Source: an uncultured Ignavibacteriales bacterium
GTDB lineage: Bacteria > Bacteroidota > Ignavibacteria > Ignavibacteriales > Ignavibacteriaceae
Assembly (NCBI GenBank): GCA_963746735.1
Contig: CAVVCO010000013.1
Location: 51,253-115,252 of the forward strand
DNA length: 64,000 bases
Direction: 5' to 3'
Shown here piece by piece: positions 39,251 through 49,441 of this stretch. How positions within the stretch are numbered: position 1 is the stretch's first letter; every line of letters starts with the position of its first letter. The notes under the pieces are model-generated. The model was not told the origin of the DNA. It was given only the letters and a program-made list of their open reading frames with translations, and made no database searches. The translations under genes and the position numbers were made by a program.

Positions 39251-41671
39251 CTAATAAGTAGGCCTTTCAACTCCACCAGGCTTAATGGAAATATATATAT
39301 CCGGCATTATCATCGGTATGCTATCATTAAGTGCCTGAACTTCAAGATTCCACACCCAGGGAATTTCTTCAATCATTTGGGAAATTCTCCCCAGAACTTG
39401 TGCAATACCGTTTTCTCTGTCTAGCCGAAGTTCTTTCATTATTTCATCAAGATCGCGGTTAGTTAATGGAGTAATACGCAGTATTGGAGAAGAATTTTTT
39501 GCTTTAACTTCAAGCAATGGCCCAAATAATGGATCAGGTTTAATTTTTATAATAAATTTATCTGAATAAGTAACATCAATATCTATGACTTGTATTCCAA
39601 AATAATTTACTAAAGATTCCGCTTCTGTGCTTTTATTCAATTCAATTGTTTGCTGCAGAGAAGATTCTCTTGATAAAATTGAATGAATTAATTTACGAGC
39701 CTCATCTGCTTTAACATCTTCATACCAAACAAGCTTTCCTAACGGCTGCTTTCTAAATTCTACATAACGAATAATTCTTCCAAGCGCATTAACTGCTGAT
39801 TCAGGAAATCTAAAAGTAGGAAATTTATTTCTGGAATTTTTAATATTTGAATTTGTCTCAAGAGAAATGGTCCCGGTTGAACCCATTAAACACAGCAATA
39901 CCGGCTTTTCAATACTTGTTGTTTCTTCAGCTAAAACAACTCCTTTCCTAATTGCGGCAGAATATTTTTCAACATCGCAATCACCTACGCAAGCGAAACC
40001 AACTAAAAGTGAATCAACTTTATCATTTATTAATGATTCTCTTACAGCAATTTCATAACTTTCTGGGGAAGTGAAAGCTCCAAGATCAATCACTCCCGGT
40101 CCTTCTATTACAAGGTCATTCATTTCACACGCGTCAGCAAAAAGTGTTGCCATACCGGATGAGTTTGCAATTATACTTACTCGATTACCTTTTGGTAAAG
40201 GCTGACTTGATAAAACAAGAGCGATATCAAAAATATCTTCGAGAGATGGTGCAAGAATAATTCCGGTTTGTTCAAAAAGTGCTTCTACTTCCAAATTGCC
40301 GACTGTATGAATTCCGCTTTTTGCTTCAACTGTTTTTTTACCTGCAATACTTCTAGCTCCCTTAACACACAGGATTGGTTTTTTATAAGTCATTCTTCTA
40401 GCAATTCTAACAAATCGTCTTGGATTTCCAAAAGTTTCTAAATATAGAATTGCAATTTTTGTATTTTGATCCTCTTCCCAATATTGAAGTAAATCATTTC
40501 CAGAAACATCAGCTCTATTTCCAGCGGAGACAAAAGATGTAAATCCAATTCCTTTTTCTCTTGCATAATCTAAAATTACCAAACCCAAAGCTGCAGAATG
40601 AGAAAAGAAACCAATCTGGCCATGAGTCATAATTTTAGGGGCAAGACTTGCATTTAATCTAACTTCAGGATCTGTATTCATTAATCCTAAACAGCTTGGT
40701 CCCAGCAAACGGGTTCCATGAGCTCTAACTAAATCCACCAGCATTTTTTGTCTTTTAATTCCTTCAGGGCCGGCATCAGCAAAACCGGCAGAAACAACCA
40801 GAAATCCTTTAACACCTTTTTGAATTAATTCTTCAGCAACCTTTTGAACTTTTTCTGCACGAACTGCTATAACTGCAAGGTCAACTGGTTCAGGCAATTC
40901 ACTGGCAGATGAATATGCTTTTATTCCATTTACTGAAACTGCTTGCGGATTTATTGGATATACTGTCCCATTAAAATTTGCTGAAAGGATGTTGCGGAAA
41001 ACCATATTCCCGATTGATGACGGGTCTCTAGAAGCACCAACCACAGCAATAACCTTTGGCTTGAGTAATGGAACTAAGGAATTTGCAACAGCAATCTTTT
41101 CACGTAAATCAGCAATTTCCCATAAAGCCGCAGCACCGTTCACAGGTAATTCAATATGTACTGTATCAGAATCCCAAACACGGTGTTTTTCAAATCCTGA
41201 ACTTTTGAATACATTTATCATTGGTTGATTATCCGGTAAAACTTCAGCTTCTAATTCAATAAAACCATTAGCAGCGGCTAAACCGGCAAGTCGTTCAAGA
41301 AGCAGAGTTCCAATACCGCGCCCCTGATATTCATCTTCAATTAAAAATGCGACTTCGGCTGTACGGCCATTGCCTGTGGAAATATAATTTCCTAAACCTA
41401 CAACTTTTGTATCACTGTCTTCTCCAGTTAAGGCAAGAAGGCATCCTGTTTGTGTAAAATCTCCTCCGCAGAGTTCATGGATTATTTTGTCCGGAACTTC
41501 AGACATTGAAGCCATAAATCGCATTCTCAAGCTTTCCTGAGAAATTCGCTTCATAAATGATTCTACTAATAGGATGTCGTTATTTGTAGCGGGCTTTAGT
41601 TGGACTCCCTGTCCATTTTTTAAAAGGACATGTTCGTTGTAATCAAGTCCTTCTGGAATAATTCGGAACAT
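39251..41671 (-). CDS. GNAT acetyltransferase fused to an NDP-forming acyl-CoA synthetase-like domain (Pat-type protein lysine acetyltransferase, GNAT-first order)
   Basis: The N-terminal GNAT has the QGRGIGTLLLERL acetyl-CoA site. It is followed by a CoA-binding domain (VIAVVGASRDPSSIG) and a succinyl-CoA-ligase-like domain. Confidence 0.75.
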   Translation of the reverse strand: MFRIIPEGLDYNEHVLLKNGQGVQLKPATNNDILLVESFMKRISQESLRMRFMASMSEVPDKIIHELCGGDFTQTGCLLALTGEDSDTKVVGLGNYISTGNGRTAEVAFLIEDEYQGRGIGTLLLERLAGLAAANGFIELEAEVLPDNQPMINVFKSSGFEKHRVWDSDTVHIELPVNGAAALWEIADLREKIAVANSLVPLLKPKVIAVVGASRDPSSIGNMVFRNILSANFNGTVYPINPQAVSVNGIKAYSSASELPEPVDLAVIAVRAEKVQKVAEELIQKGVKGFLVVSAGFADAGPEGIKRQKMLVDLVRAHGTRLLGPSCLGLMNTDPEVRLNASLAPKIMTHGQIGFFSHSAALGLVILDYAREKGIGFTSFVSAGNRADVSGNDLLQYWEEDQNTKIAILYLETFGNPRRFVRIARRMTYKKPILCVKGARSIAGKKTVEAKSGIHTVGNLEVEALFEQTGIILAPSLEDIFDIALVLSSQPLPKGNRVSIIANSSGMATLFADACEMNDLVIEGPGVIDLGAFTSPESYEIAVRESLINDKVDSLLVGFACVGDCDVEKYSAAIRKGVVLAEETTSIEKPVLLCLMGSTGTISLETNSNIKNSRNKFPTFRFPESAVNALGRIIRYVEFRKQPLGKLVWYEDVKADEARKLIHSILSRESSLQQTIELNKSTEAESLVNYFGIQVIDIDVTYSDKFIIKIKPDPLFGPLLEVKAKNSSPILRITPLTNRDLDEIMKELRLDRENGIAQVLGRISQMIEEIPWVWNLEVQALNDSIPMIMPDIYISIKPGGVERPTY

Positions 41672-41760
41672 GGCTTAACAAATCCATTAAAAATAATGTT
41701 TATATATAAATAAAAAGGAGGTTCTAAACAAGTAAAAGAACCTCCTGAAAATAAAATAAA

Positions 41761-43791
41761 CTATTTAGACATATTTACAATTTCTTCAACAACCTGCGGA
41801 TTTGCTAAAGTCGTAATATCACCCACATCTTGTTTATTTGCAATTGCAGATAATATTCTTCGCATAATTTTCCCGGAACGGGTTTTAGGCATATCCGAAA
41901 CGATCCACACTTTACCTGGTTTAGCAATAGGCCCAATTTCTTTAGCGAGAGTATCGGAAACCTTTTTTTCAATTTCAGGACTGCTTTTAATTCCTGGTTT
42001 GAGCGACACAAAAATGTGTGGAATTCTACCCTTGATCGGATCAGCAACTGGAACAACTGCGGCTTCTCCAACTTCCTGACACATAAGCGCAGCGGATTCC
42101 AATTCCTTTGTTCCAAGTCTATGCCCGGCAACATTTATCACATCATCAATACGTCCAAGTATTCTGAAAAAACCATCTGGAGCTTCCACAGCACCATCTC
42201 CGGCAAAGTATGGCCAATCATGCCAGTCTTTACTTTTGGGATCTTTATTATACCGCTGATAATATTGTTTGACAAATCTATCATCATCTCCCCAAATTGT
42301 AAGCATGCGACCAGGCCAGGGATTTAGAATACAAATGTTTCCTGCTTTGCCGCTTCCCGCAGGCAATGGTTTTCCTTCTTCATCAAAAATAATTGGATAA
42401 ATACCTGGGACACCAGGCCCTGCACTTCCAGGTTTCATTTTATGAATACCAGGTATGGTTGAACACAAAAATCCACCGGTTTCAGTTTGCCACCAGGTAT
42501 CAACAATAGCAGCTTCTTTTTTCCCAACTGTATTATAATACCATCTCCAAACTTCAGGTTCAATCGGCTCTCCAACAGTTGTCATATGTTTGAAATGATA
42601 ATTGTACTTTGCTGGTTCATCCGGGCCAACACGTCTTAAAGCACGAATTGCTGTGGGTGAAGTATGAAATATATTTACATCCAGTTCTTCAGCAACACGC
42701 CATGGCCTGCCGGCATCAGGGTGAGTAGGAACGCCTTCGAATATTACCGAAGAAGCTGCCAGTGCAAGCGGTCCATAAATAATATATGAATGTCCTGTAA
42801 TCCATCCAATATCAGCCATGCACCAGTAAACATCTTCAGGATGAATATCTTGAATATATTTTGAAGTTCCGGTTACATAAGCTAAATATCCTCCTATAGA
42901 ATGCTGCGCTCCTTTTGGTTTGCCGGTTGAACCGGAAGTATACATAATAAAAAGTGTGCCTTCAGATGGAAGCTGTTCAGGTTCAACTTTTTTATGGTAA
43001 TATTTTTTTATTACGTCATTAACCAAAAAATCCCTGCCCTCAACAAGAGGAGTTTTTGCAGAATATTTTCCAGGGTATCTTTCGAAGATAAGAATCTTCT
43101 CAATTTTTTGTCCTTCTTTCAAAGCCTCATCATAAGCAATATCAGCTTTTTCTTTATGGTCGATTAATGTCCCTGCTCTATAATATGAATCTGCTGTAAT
43201 AAGCACTTTGCTTTTTGCATCTGCAACTCTCTCTCCGCATGCTTTTCCCGAAAAACCTGAAAATACTTGGGAGTGGATAGCGCCAATTCGAGCGCAGGCT
43301 AACATTGCAACAGCAATTTCCGGTATCATAGGCATATGAAGTGTAACAGTATCACCAGCTTTCACACCACAGAAATCTTTTAGTAATGCAGCAAACTCAT
43401 TTACTTTTATATATAATTCCTGAAAGGTAATATGTTGAATAGCTTCGTCTTCCGGTTCCGGTACAAAATGTATTGCTGTTTTATTTTTATATTTTGCTAA
43501 ATGTCTATCAATGCAATTATAAGAAGCATTTATTTTTCCGCCTGTAAACCATTTAAAGAATGGAGGCTTGTCCGAATCCAGAACTTTTGTATAAGGTTTA
43601 TACCAGTCCAGCATATCTGCATATTCTGAAAAACATTGGGGAAAGTTTTCCATACTAAATTTATCAAATACTTTTGCATCATTTAGATTCGCCTGGTTTT
43701 TAAATTCCTGAGTGGGTTCATAATAATCTTCCTCTTTCCAATGAACCGCAATCTGGGATTCGGAAACCTCATCATTTTTACTTTTGTCCAT
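41761..43791 (-). CDS. acs: Acetyl-CoA synthetase (AMP-forming)
   Basis: YTSGSTGKPKG AMP-binding motif, WWQTETGG and the C-terminal SGKIMRR lysine motif. Confidence 0.95.
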   Translation of the reverse strand: MDKSKNDEVSESQIAVHWKEEDYYEPTQEFKNQANLNDAKVFDKFSMENFPQCFSEYADMLDWYKPYTKVLDSDKPPFFKWFTGGKINASYNCIDRHLAKYKNKTAIHFVPEPEDEAIQHITFQELYIKVNEFAALLKDFCGVKAGDTVTLHMPMIPEIAVAMLACARIGAIHSQVFSGFSGKACGERVADAKSKVLITADSYYRAGTLIDHKEKADIAYDEALKEGQKIEKILIFERYPGKYSAKTPLVEGRDFLVNDVIKKYYHKKVEPEQLPSEGTLFIMYTSGSTGKPKGAQHSIGGYLAYVTGTSKYIQDIHPEDVYWCMADIGWITGHSYIIYGPLALAASSVIFEGVPTHPDAGRPWRVAEELDVNIFHTSPTAIRALRRVGPDEPAKYNYHFKHMTTVGEPIEPEVWRWYYNTVGKKEAAIVDTWWQTETGGFLCSTIPGIHKMKPGSAGPGVPGIYPIIFDEEGKPLPAGSGKAGNICILNPWPGRMLTIWGDDDRFVKQYYQRYNKDPKSKDWHDWPYFAGDGAVEAPDGFFRILGRIDDVINVAGHRLGTKELESAALMCQEVGEAAVVPVADPIKGRIPHIFVSLKPGIKSSPEIEKKVSDTLAKEIGPIAKPGKVWIVSDMPKTRSGKIMRRILSAIANKQDVGDITTLANPQVVEEIVNMSK

Positions 43792-43833
43792 AAATTAACT
43801 CCTGTATTTTTTGTATTGAATGAAAATTATCTC

Positions 43834-44406
43834 TTAGCCTATTGGTAGAACAGTTTTGCCAAATGTTTCATTCAGCACTTGCGCAAATGCTAAATAAATA
43901 GCAGATAAACCACAGACAATTCCTTCCCAACCTGTAAATGTTTTTAAGGTTGCATTACCTGTAGCATCACCAAGAGCAAGCAGCCAGAATAAAATAAATA
44001 GTGTAAAGAAAACAACCTGAAGTGCTTTATTATGCTTAAAAGTAGCAATCCACATAACAAAAGTAAATAGACCCCACAAAAACAAGTAAGCAATCATGCC
44101 GCCCTCATCAGCCGGATTTACTCCGCCCCATTTGGGCATAACAATCAAATAAACAAGTGTTAACCAGAACAAACCATAAGAAGTGAAAGCAACCGTGCCG
44201 AATGTATTTCCTTTTTTCCATTCCATCCAGCCTGCAAAAATCTGGGCAATTCCACCATAAAAAACACCCATTGCAAGAATAACACTGCTTAATGTTATTA
44301 AACCTGCATTATGAAGATTTAACAGAACAGTGGTCATTCCAAAACCAAGTAACCCTAATGGGGCTGGGTTTGCAGTGGTGTCAACTATCTTTGTACTCTC
44401 TGACAT
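43834..44406 (-). CDS. satP: GPR1/FUN34/YaaH-family acetate/succinate channel
   Basis: [14 protein letters not shown] signature, six TM helices, 190 aa. Confidence 0.9.
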   Translation of the reverse strand: MSESTKIVDTTANPAPLGLLGFGMTTVLLNLHNAGLITLSSVILAMGVFYGGIAQIFAGWMEWKKGNTFGTVAFTSYGLFWLTLVYLIVMPKWGGVNPADEGGMIAYLFLWGLFTFVMWIATFKHNKALQVVFFTLFILFWLLALGDATGNATLKTFTGWEGIVCGLSAIYLAFAQVLNETFGKTVLPIG

Positions 44407-44649
44407 GAAACCTCCTGTTAATGAATTGAAATTAAATTATTCATTTAATTAAAATAATTATCTCACTGAATGATTTGTGATAAATTACTTTAAACTTTTG
44501 GGTTCTTTTAAATTTAATAAAAATTATTTTAGTTCACCCGCTCCCCTAAGGAAATTTATTAATTGTGAGTATATTTGCCCAGTTTGAAGGAACGGGTTAC
44601 TTTTTAATTTAAGAAATAATATTCAATAAAATAAATTAACTATTAGAAG

Positions 44650-45867
44650 TTAAAATTTATACAACGCACTTAAAGCAAACTGCATACCTTTGACTGTCAT
44701 TTCGTTGAACACTGTTTTACCTTCGTTAAAAGATCCGGTAGTTGATTTACTTTGAAGTAATTCTAACCCTAAACCATAAGGCCCGGTTTCGTATCGTAGT
44801 AATATATCTAGTAAATTTTGAGATAGTCTTGGGCTGCTAAAAATAGCTTCAGCCTGTGTCTTATCAACATTTTCAATTCCATAATAAGCGAATACGCCCC
44901 ATTGTTTAGTTAAATTGTAACCAGCTTGCAGCCAAAAACCTAATGAAGATAAATCTTTATTGACAGACTGAATTTGTGTAATTTCACCAAATTGCTGTCC
45001 TATGTTTTTACCTGAATAAAGATTTCCTTGAAGTAAAAATTGTCCGGCAGTTAAATTTGCTCCAACTTCAAAAGCAGTTCCAGATAAACTAACTTTTGCT
45101 GAATCGTTTACACCGGAAAGATTTTTTTTATCGAAATGACCCACAACATATGCCTTAAGATTTGAGCCTTCTCCAATTTTACTGTTCATGTTCAGCCTTA
45201 ATTCAAATTGCGGAGTACCTGCATTACCAGCATCAAGAAAATTTACATTTGATCCAGGCCCGCTCCATGACCCTTCAAATGCAGCTGCATCCAAACTAAA
45301 TTGTGTAGGTGAATTATTAGAATCAAATTTGTAATAAAAATAGAGGCCGGGGAATCGCCAGCCAACATCTCCGGCACTTCCATAACCTAATGGAAATGCG
45401 ATGTGTGACATTGACACCGGGACATTTCCAAAAAGTGGTGTCCAAGCTTGTCCAATTCTAATGGTTAAATTTTTATGAACAATATCTGCGTATGCAAGCC
45501 TAATCCTAGGATAAGGTTGTTCTTGACTGAAAGCACCAGATCCATTGAATCCTCCGAATGCATCAAGTTCCAGTATTCCTCCTAAATTATAATCTTCATT
45601 TATCTCTGGTCCATTGAAAACCATTGTAACTCTGGTATTTCTGATATCTCCGCCAAAGAACCAGCGGTTTTGTGTATATTCAGGAGCTTCAGGCCATTCA
45701 GCATTTTGACCATTTCCGAATCCGAAAGTTTGGTTTTGTCCAAAAAGAGTAGTACTTAAAAACCCCTTAATTACTAGATTTTCTTTGCCGCCTGTATTAA
45801 CATTTTGGGCAACTAAGAATGAAGCAGAAATTAGAAAAATTGAAGTAAGGATTAAGAATTTTTTCAT
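44650..45867 (-). CDS. Outer-membrane porin
   Basis: Signal peptide MKKFLILTSIFLISASFLVAQ (ATG at 45867 preferred over 45915). It has alternating beta-strands and a C-terminal aromatic LYKF. Confidence 0.6.
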   Translation of the reverse strand: MKKFLILTSIFLISASFLVAQNVNTGGKENLVIKGFLSTTLFGQNQTFGFGNGQNAEWPEAPEYTQNRWFFGGDIRNTRVTMVFNGPEINEDYNLGGILELDAFGGFNGSGAFSQEQPYPRIRLAYADIVHKNLTIRIGQAWTPLFGNVPVSMSHIAFPLGYGSAGDVGWRFPGLYFYYKFDSNNSPTQFSLDAAAFEGSWSGPGSNVNFLDAGNAGTPQFELRLNMNSKIGEGSNLKAYVVGHFDKKNLSGVNDSAKVSLSGTAFEVGANLTAGQFLLQGNLYSGKNIGQQFGEITQIQSVNKDLSSLGFWLQAGYNLTKQWGVFAYYGIENVDKTQAEAIFSSPRLSQNLLDILLRYETGPYGLGLELLQSKSTTGSFNEGKTVFNEMTVKGMQFALSALYKF

Positions 45868-46182
45868 AGTGTGTCTCCCACAGATTGTGATACAGTCCAT
45901 TAATGGATTATTCATTTTTTTATTAACAAATATTTTCTGAAGACAAATTTTATTTAATATTTATTAATAGTTGCTTTTTAACAACTAACAGCCGCAAATT
46001 ATTACGAATGATTTTTTAAAGCAACGAATGGTTTGCTAACATGCAATATTTTAAATTAAGAGGTAGTATAAGTTGGCTAAGGTGCATTAAAAAGATTTTT
46101 AATAATTATAGAAGTCTCGAAAAGTTAATAGAACTTTTAATTGGATTATCAGCTAAAAAGAAATGATTATTGAAGAAAAGAT

Positions 46183-46896
46183 TTAAATGCCCAGGCTTTC
46201 TTTTAACTCTTTTAAATAGTGACGGCTTATGGGTATTAAATGCTGACTTACAGTTTTTATTTTCCCGGCAGAATTATCTTCAAAAATAATTTCATCTATT
46301 TTATCAGGATTAATTAAATACTGTTTATGGTATCTTAACAATTTAGTTTTACTTTCAAGAATTTTTAATGTGAGCTCTGTAAAACATTTTTTTTCGGAAC
46401 AGAAAAAAAACACACCGGTTTCATCCGAATGTACATATTCGATAATATTTATATCTATAAGTTTAACTTTATTATTTCCTATACTTGGTATTCTCATTAG
46501 GGGAGGAATGTTTAATTTCTGAGGATTATTTTGATGAATAGAATTCTTAAGTTTATCAATCGTCTTATTTAATCTTAAAATATCAATAGGCTTCAATAAA
46601 TAATCGATTGCGTCGTTATCGAAAGCTTTAATGGCATATTCATCATAGGCAGTTACAAATACTATTCTGGGCATAACAGATTCTTCAATCATAGATAACA
46701 TTTCAAAGCCATTGATAACCGGCAATTGTATATCAAGAAAGATTACATCAGGGTGTAAATTATTAATCGCTTTAATTCCTTCAATAGCATTAGCACACTT
46801 TTGAATTACTTCAACTTCACCTGTATTTTCTAATAGATATTCAATTTCGACGCGAGTGTTATATTCATCCTCGATTATTATCGCTTTTAACTTCAC
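46183..46896 (-). CDS. LytTR-family response regulator
   Basis: Receiver domain (IIEDE...DVIFLDIQLP) plus a LytTR C-terminus. Confidence 0.9.
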   Translation of the reverse strand: MKLKAIIIEDEYNTRVEIEYLLENTGEVEVIQKCANAIEGIKAINNLHPDVIFLDIQLPVINGFEMLSMIEESVMPRIVFVTAYDEYAIKAFDNDAIDYLLKPIDILRLNKTIDKLKNSIHQNNPQKLNIPPLMRIPSIGNNKVKLIDINIIEYVHSDETGVFFFCSEKKCFTELTLKILESKTKLLRYHKQYLINPDKIDEIIFEDNSAGKIKTVSQHLIPISRHYLKELKESLGI

Positions 46897-48566
46897 TTGA
46901 TACCTCCCGCAGGCAATAAAATAGATGCAGTAGTTTTTAAATCCGGAATAGAATGTATGCTTACACCAAATTCATTGCCGGCTAAATTTTTAATTCTCTT
47001 ATCAACTATTTGAATTCCTATGCCATGTTTATCATTTGATTCATCATATAAACCTCCATTGTCTTCAATATCAATCTGAACATAGCCATTATTCTGGAAT
47101 ACTTTTATTTCTATTCTACCATCTTCCAAAAGATTTGAGATACCATGCTTTACTGCATTTTCCACCAATGGCTGTAAAGTAAATGTTGGAATTCTAATGC
47201 CAAGTAATTTCGCATCAATGTGGGTGTTGATTTGAAGATGATCCTGTAATCTTACTTTTTCAATTTCTAAATATGAGTTTACATGTTCTAATTCTTCTTC
47301 AATTGTGGCAAGATCTTTATTGCGAATTAGAATCTTTCTGAAAAAATTTGAGAGATGAATTAAAAGTTCAATCGCTTTATTTGGATTTCGCCGGTTAACT
47401 GAAATTATTGTGGTTAATGCATTAAATAAAAAGTGAGGATTTATTTGTGCTTGCAGTAAATTAAGTTCTGCTGCAGTTAAAAGATTCTTCTGGTTTTCAT
47501 ACCTTGCAACAAGCAATTGATTAGATACAAGTGCAGCAATTCCTTTACCTAGTGTTTCATTAATTTTAAAGAACAATTTATTTTTTTGACCATAAAGTTT
47601 TATAGTTCCTATTACTTCATCTTTAATTTTTATAGGTGCTACAAGTACAGAAGTAAGCTTGCAGTCATTGGAAATTGGGCAATTGTAATGTTCATTTGAA
47701 CCGTCAATGAATGCAATTTTATTTTCTTCAATTGCAATCCTAGTTAAATTTGAAGCAATCGGTAATCCGGATTTATGATGATCATCGCCAACTCCGACAA
47801 ATGCAAGTACATTTTCACGGTCTGTTATAGCAACTGCCGCAACACTTGTTTCTTGAAGAATAATTCTGGCAATCTTTCCTGCCGATTCGACATTTAAACC
47901 ATTACTTAGCACACCTAAAATTTTTTGTGCAATTTTTAAAGCTTGCTTAGATGACGAAGAACCGATCTTATCGTAATTATTTCGTTGATCTCTAAATAAA
48001 CTCATTATAAGAGTAGCACCTAATGAGTTTGAAATTAACATAGGGAAAGCAATTATTTCAACTAATTCAACCGCATCGCTGAATGGTTTTGAAATAATTA
48101 AAATAATCAGCATCTGAATAAATTCAGAAATCAGTGTAGTAAAAAAAACTACATCAAGATCAAATACTCTTTCATATCTTCCCCGGTCAGTATAATATTG
48201 ATGAACAAAACCCACCATTAAGCCTTCTACCATAGTTGAAAAACCGCATGATACAGCTGTAAATCCACCGAGAAAGAATCTATGAATTCCTGCTGTAAAT
48301 CCAACCGCAAACCCTAATGTTGGTCCGCCGATTAAGCCAGCAAGTGCAGTTCCTATAACTCTGTTATTTGCAATAGCGTCATCTATCGGCACGCCGAAAT
48401 ATGTGCCGATGATAGACATTATACTGAAAAAAATATAAAGTGTAAGTGAATCTTTAATGCTAAGGTCTTTAATTAGAAGAAGTCTAAAGACAGGCGTTTT
48501 ACTAAATAGATATGCAAGGCCGAGAAGTATTGCAATATCTTTAAACAAGTTAAATAGAATTTGCAA
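46893..48566 (-). CDS. LytS-type sensor histidine kinase (5TM-LYT, GAF, His_kinase, HATPase)
   Basis: N-terminal polytopic 5TMR-LYT-like region, a central GAF-like domain, INPHFLFNALTTI and ENAVKHG. Confidence 0.85.
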   Translation of the reverse strand: MQILFNLFKDIAILLGLAYLFSKTPVFRLLLIKDLSIKDSLTLYIFFSIMSIIGTYFGVPIDDAIANNRVIGTALAGLIGGPTLGFAVGFTAGIHRFFLGGFTAVSCGFSTMVEGLMVGFVHQYYTDRGRYERVFDLDVVFFTTLISEFIQMLIILIISKPFSDAVELVEIIAFPMLISNSLGATLIMSLFRDQRNNYDKIGSSSSKQALKIAQKILGVLSNGLNVESAGKIARIILQETSVAAVAITDRENVLAFVGVGDDHHKSGLPIASNLTRIAIEENKIAFIDGSNEHYNCPISNDCKLTSVLVAPIKIKDEVIGTIKLYGQKNKLFFKINETLGKGIAALVSNQLLVARYENQKNLLTAAELNLLQAQINPHFLFNALTTIISVNRRNPNKAIELLIHLSNFFRKILIRNKDLATIEEELEHVNSYLEIEKVRLQDHLQINTHIDAKLLGIRIPTFTLQPLVENAVKHGISNLLEDGRIEIKVFQNNGYVQIDIEDNGGLYDESNDKHGIGIQIVDKRIKNLAGNEFGVSIHSIPDLKTTASILLPAGGIK

Positions 48567-48940
48567 CTATTATCTCTATACTTGTTGTTGAAAAAATTTG
48601 CTTAGAAATTTTTTGATGCTAGAACTTTAGAAACAAATTAAAATTTGTTAAGAATAGAAAAGATATTATTTGCAATTAGATTTTCTTAATAAGTTTTAAT
48701 GTTATGAACGATGTTTAAAGGTTTATTCGCAAATTATTTTGATAAGTTATATAAAAAAAAATTAATTACAAATAATACTTGTTGAAGAAAATAAAATAAT
48801 TTGTTCTTTTTGGTAAGCTATAGGTTCTTAACTTTTAAAAGGATTGAAATAAATTAAAATAAACAAAAAATGAAAAAAGTTAAATATTTTTTTATTTTAT
48901 ATGGTCGCTTTAATCAAATCAAAATTAAGGGAGTAAAAAT

Positions 48941-49324
48941 ATGCTAGAAAACGTTGCTACTATTTCTCCGATGTTCCAGAACCTTCTTAATAAGATGGCA
49001 AAGGATATGAGGTTCGTTGGGATTTTTTACATCATCGTTGGTGGATTCACTTGTTTGTCAATCATCGGTGCAATAATTGGAGTGCCATATATTATATGTG
49101 GAATAAGGCTCCGTGAGTCTGCAAATTTTTTTGATAACTATTCCTATGGTGGAGATACTGGAATTCTTGAAAATGCCATCGATAAACAAAGCCGATTCTT
49201 TTTCATCCAGAAAGTTATAATGATTATTACAATAATCGGATTAGTTCTATATATAATTTTCATTATTGCTTTTCTTGGGAAATTTTTAAGCAGTTTCGGC
49301 GGAGGTTCATTTCCTTCTACTTGA
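48941..49324 (+). CDS. Small integral membrane protein of unknown function
   Basis: 127 aa with two or three predicted TM helices. No family recognised. Confidence 0.5.
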   Translation: MLENVATISPMFQNLLNKMAKDMRFVGIFYIIVGGFTCLSIIGAIIGVPYIICGIRLRESANFFDNYSYGGDTGILENAIDKQSRFFFIQKVIMIITIIGLVLYIIFIIAFLGKFLSSFGGGSFPST

Positions 49325-49441
49325 TAAAAATTTTGATTTTTTGGTGAAGACAAGGGAATCTAATTTTTTAGGTTCCCTTTTTTATTTTCTTCCTATTACA
49401 AATCAACATTTGTAATTTTACGATAACATTCATTAAAATTT

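Noticed and set aside
37896-42327. Antisense or alternative-frame ORFs within acuC, the Pat-like gene and acs (37896-38339, 39867-40058, 40989-41228, 41805-42134, 42016-42327)
   Set aside because: Each is nested in a long gene with unambiguous family motifs, and none has motifs of its own.
45868-45915. Upstream ATG extension of the porin gene (MNNPLMDCITICGRHT...)
   Set aside because: The signal peptide starts at the internal MKKFLIL (ATG 45867). The extension would bury it, so the shorter start is preferred.
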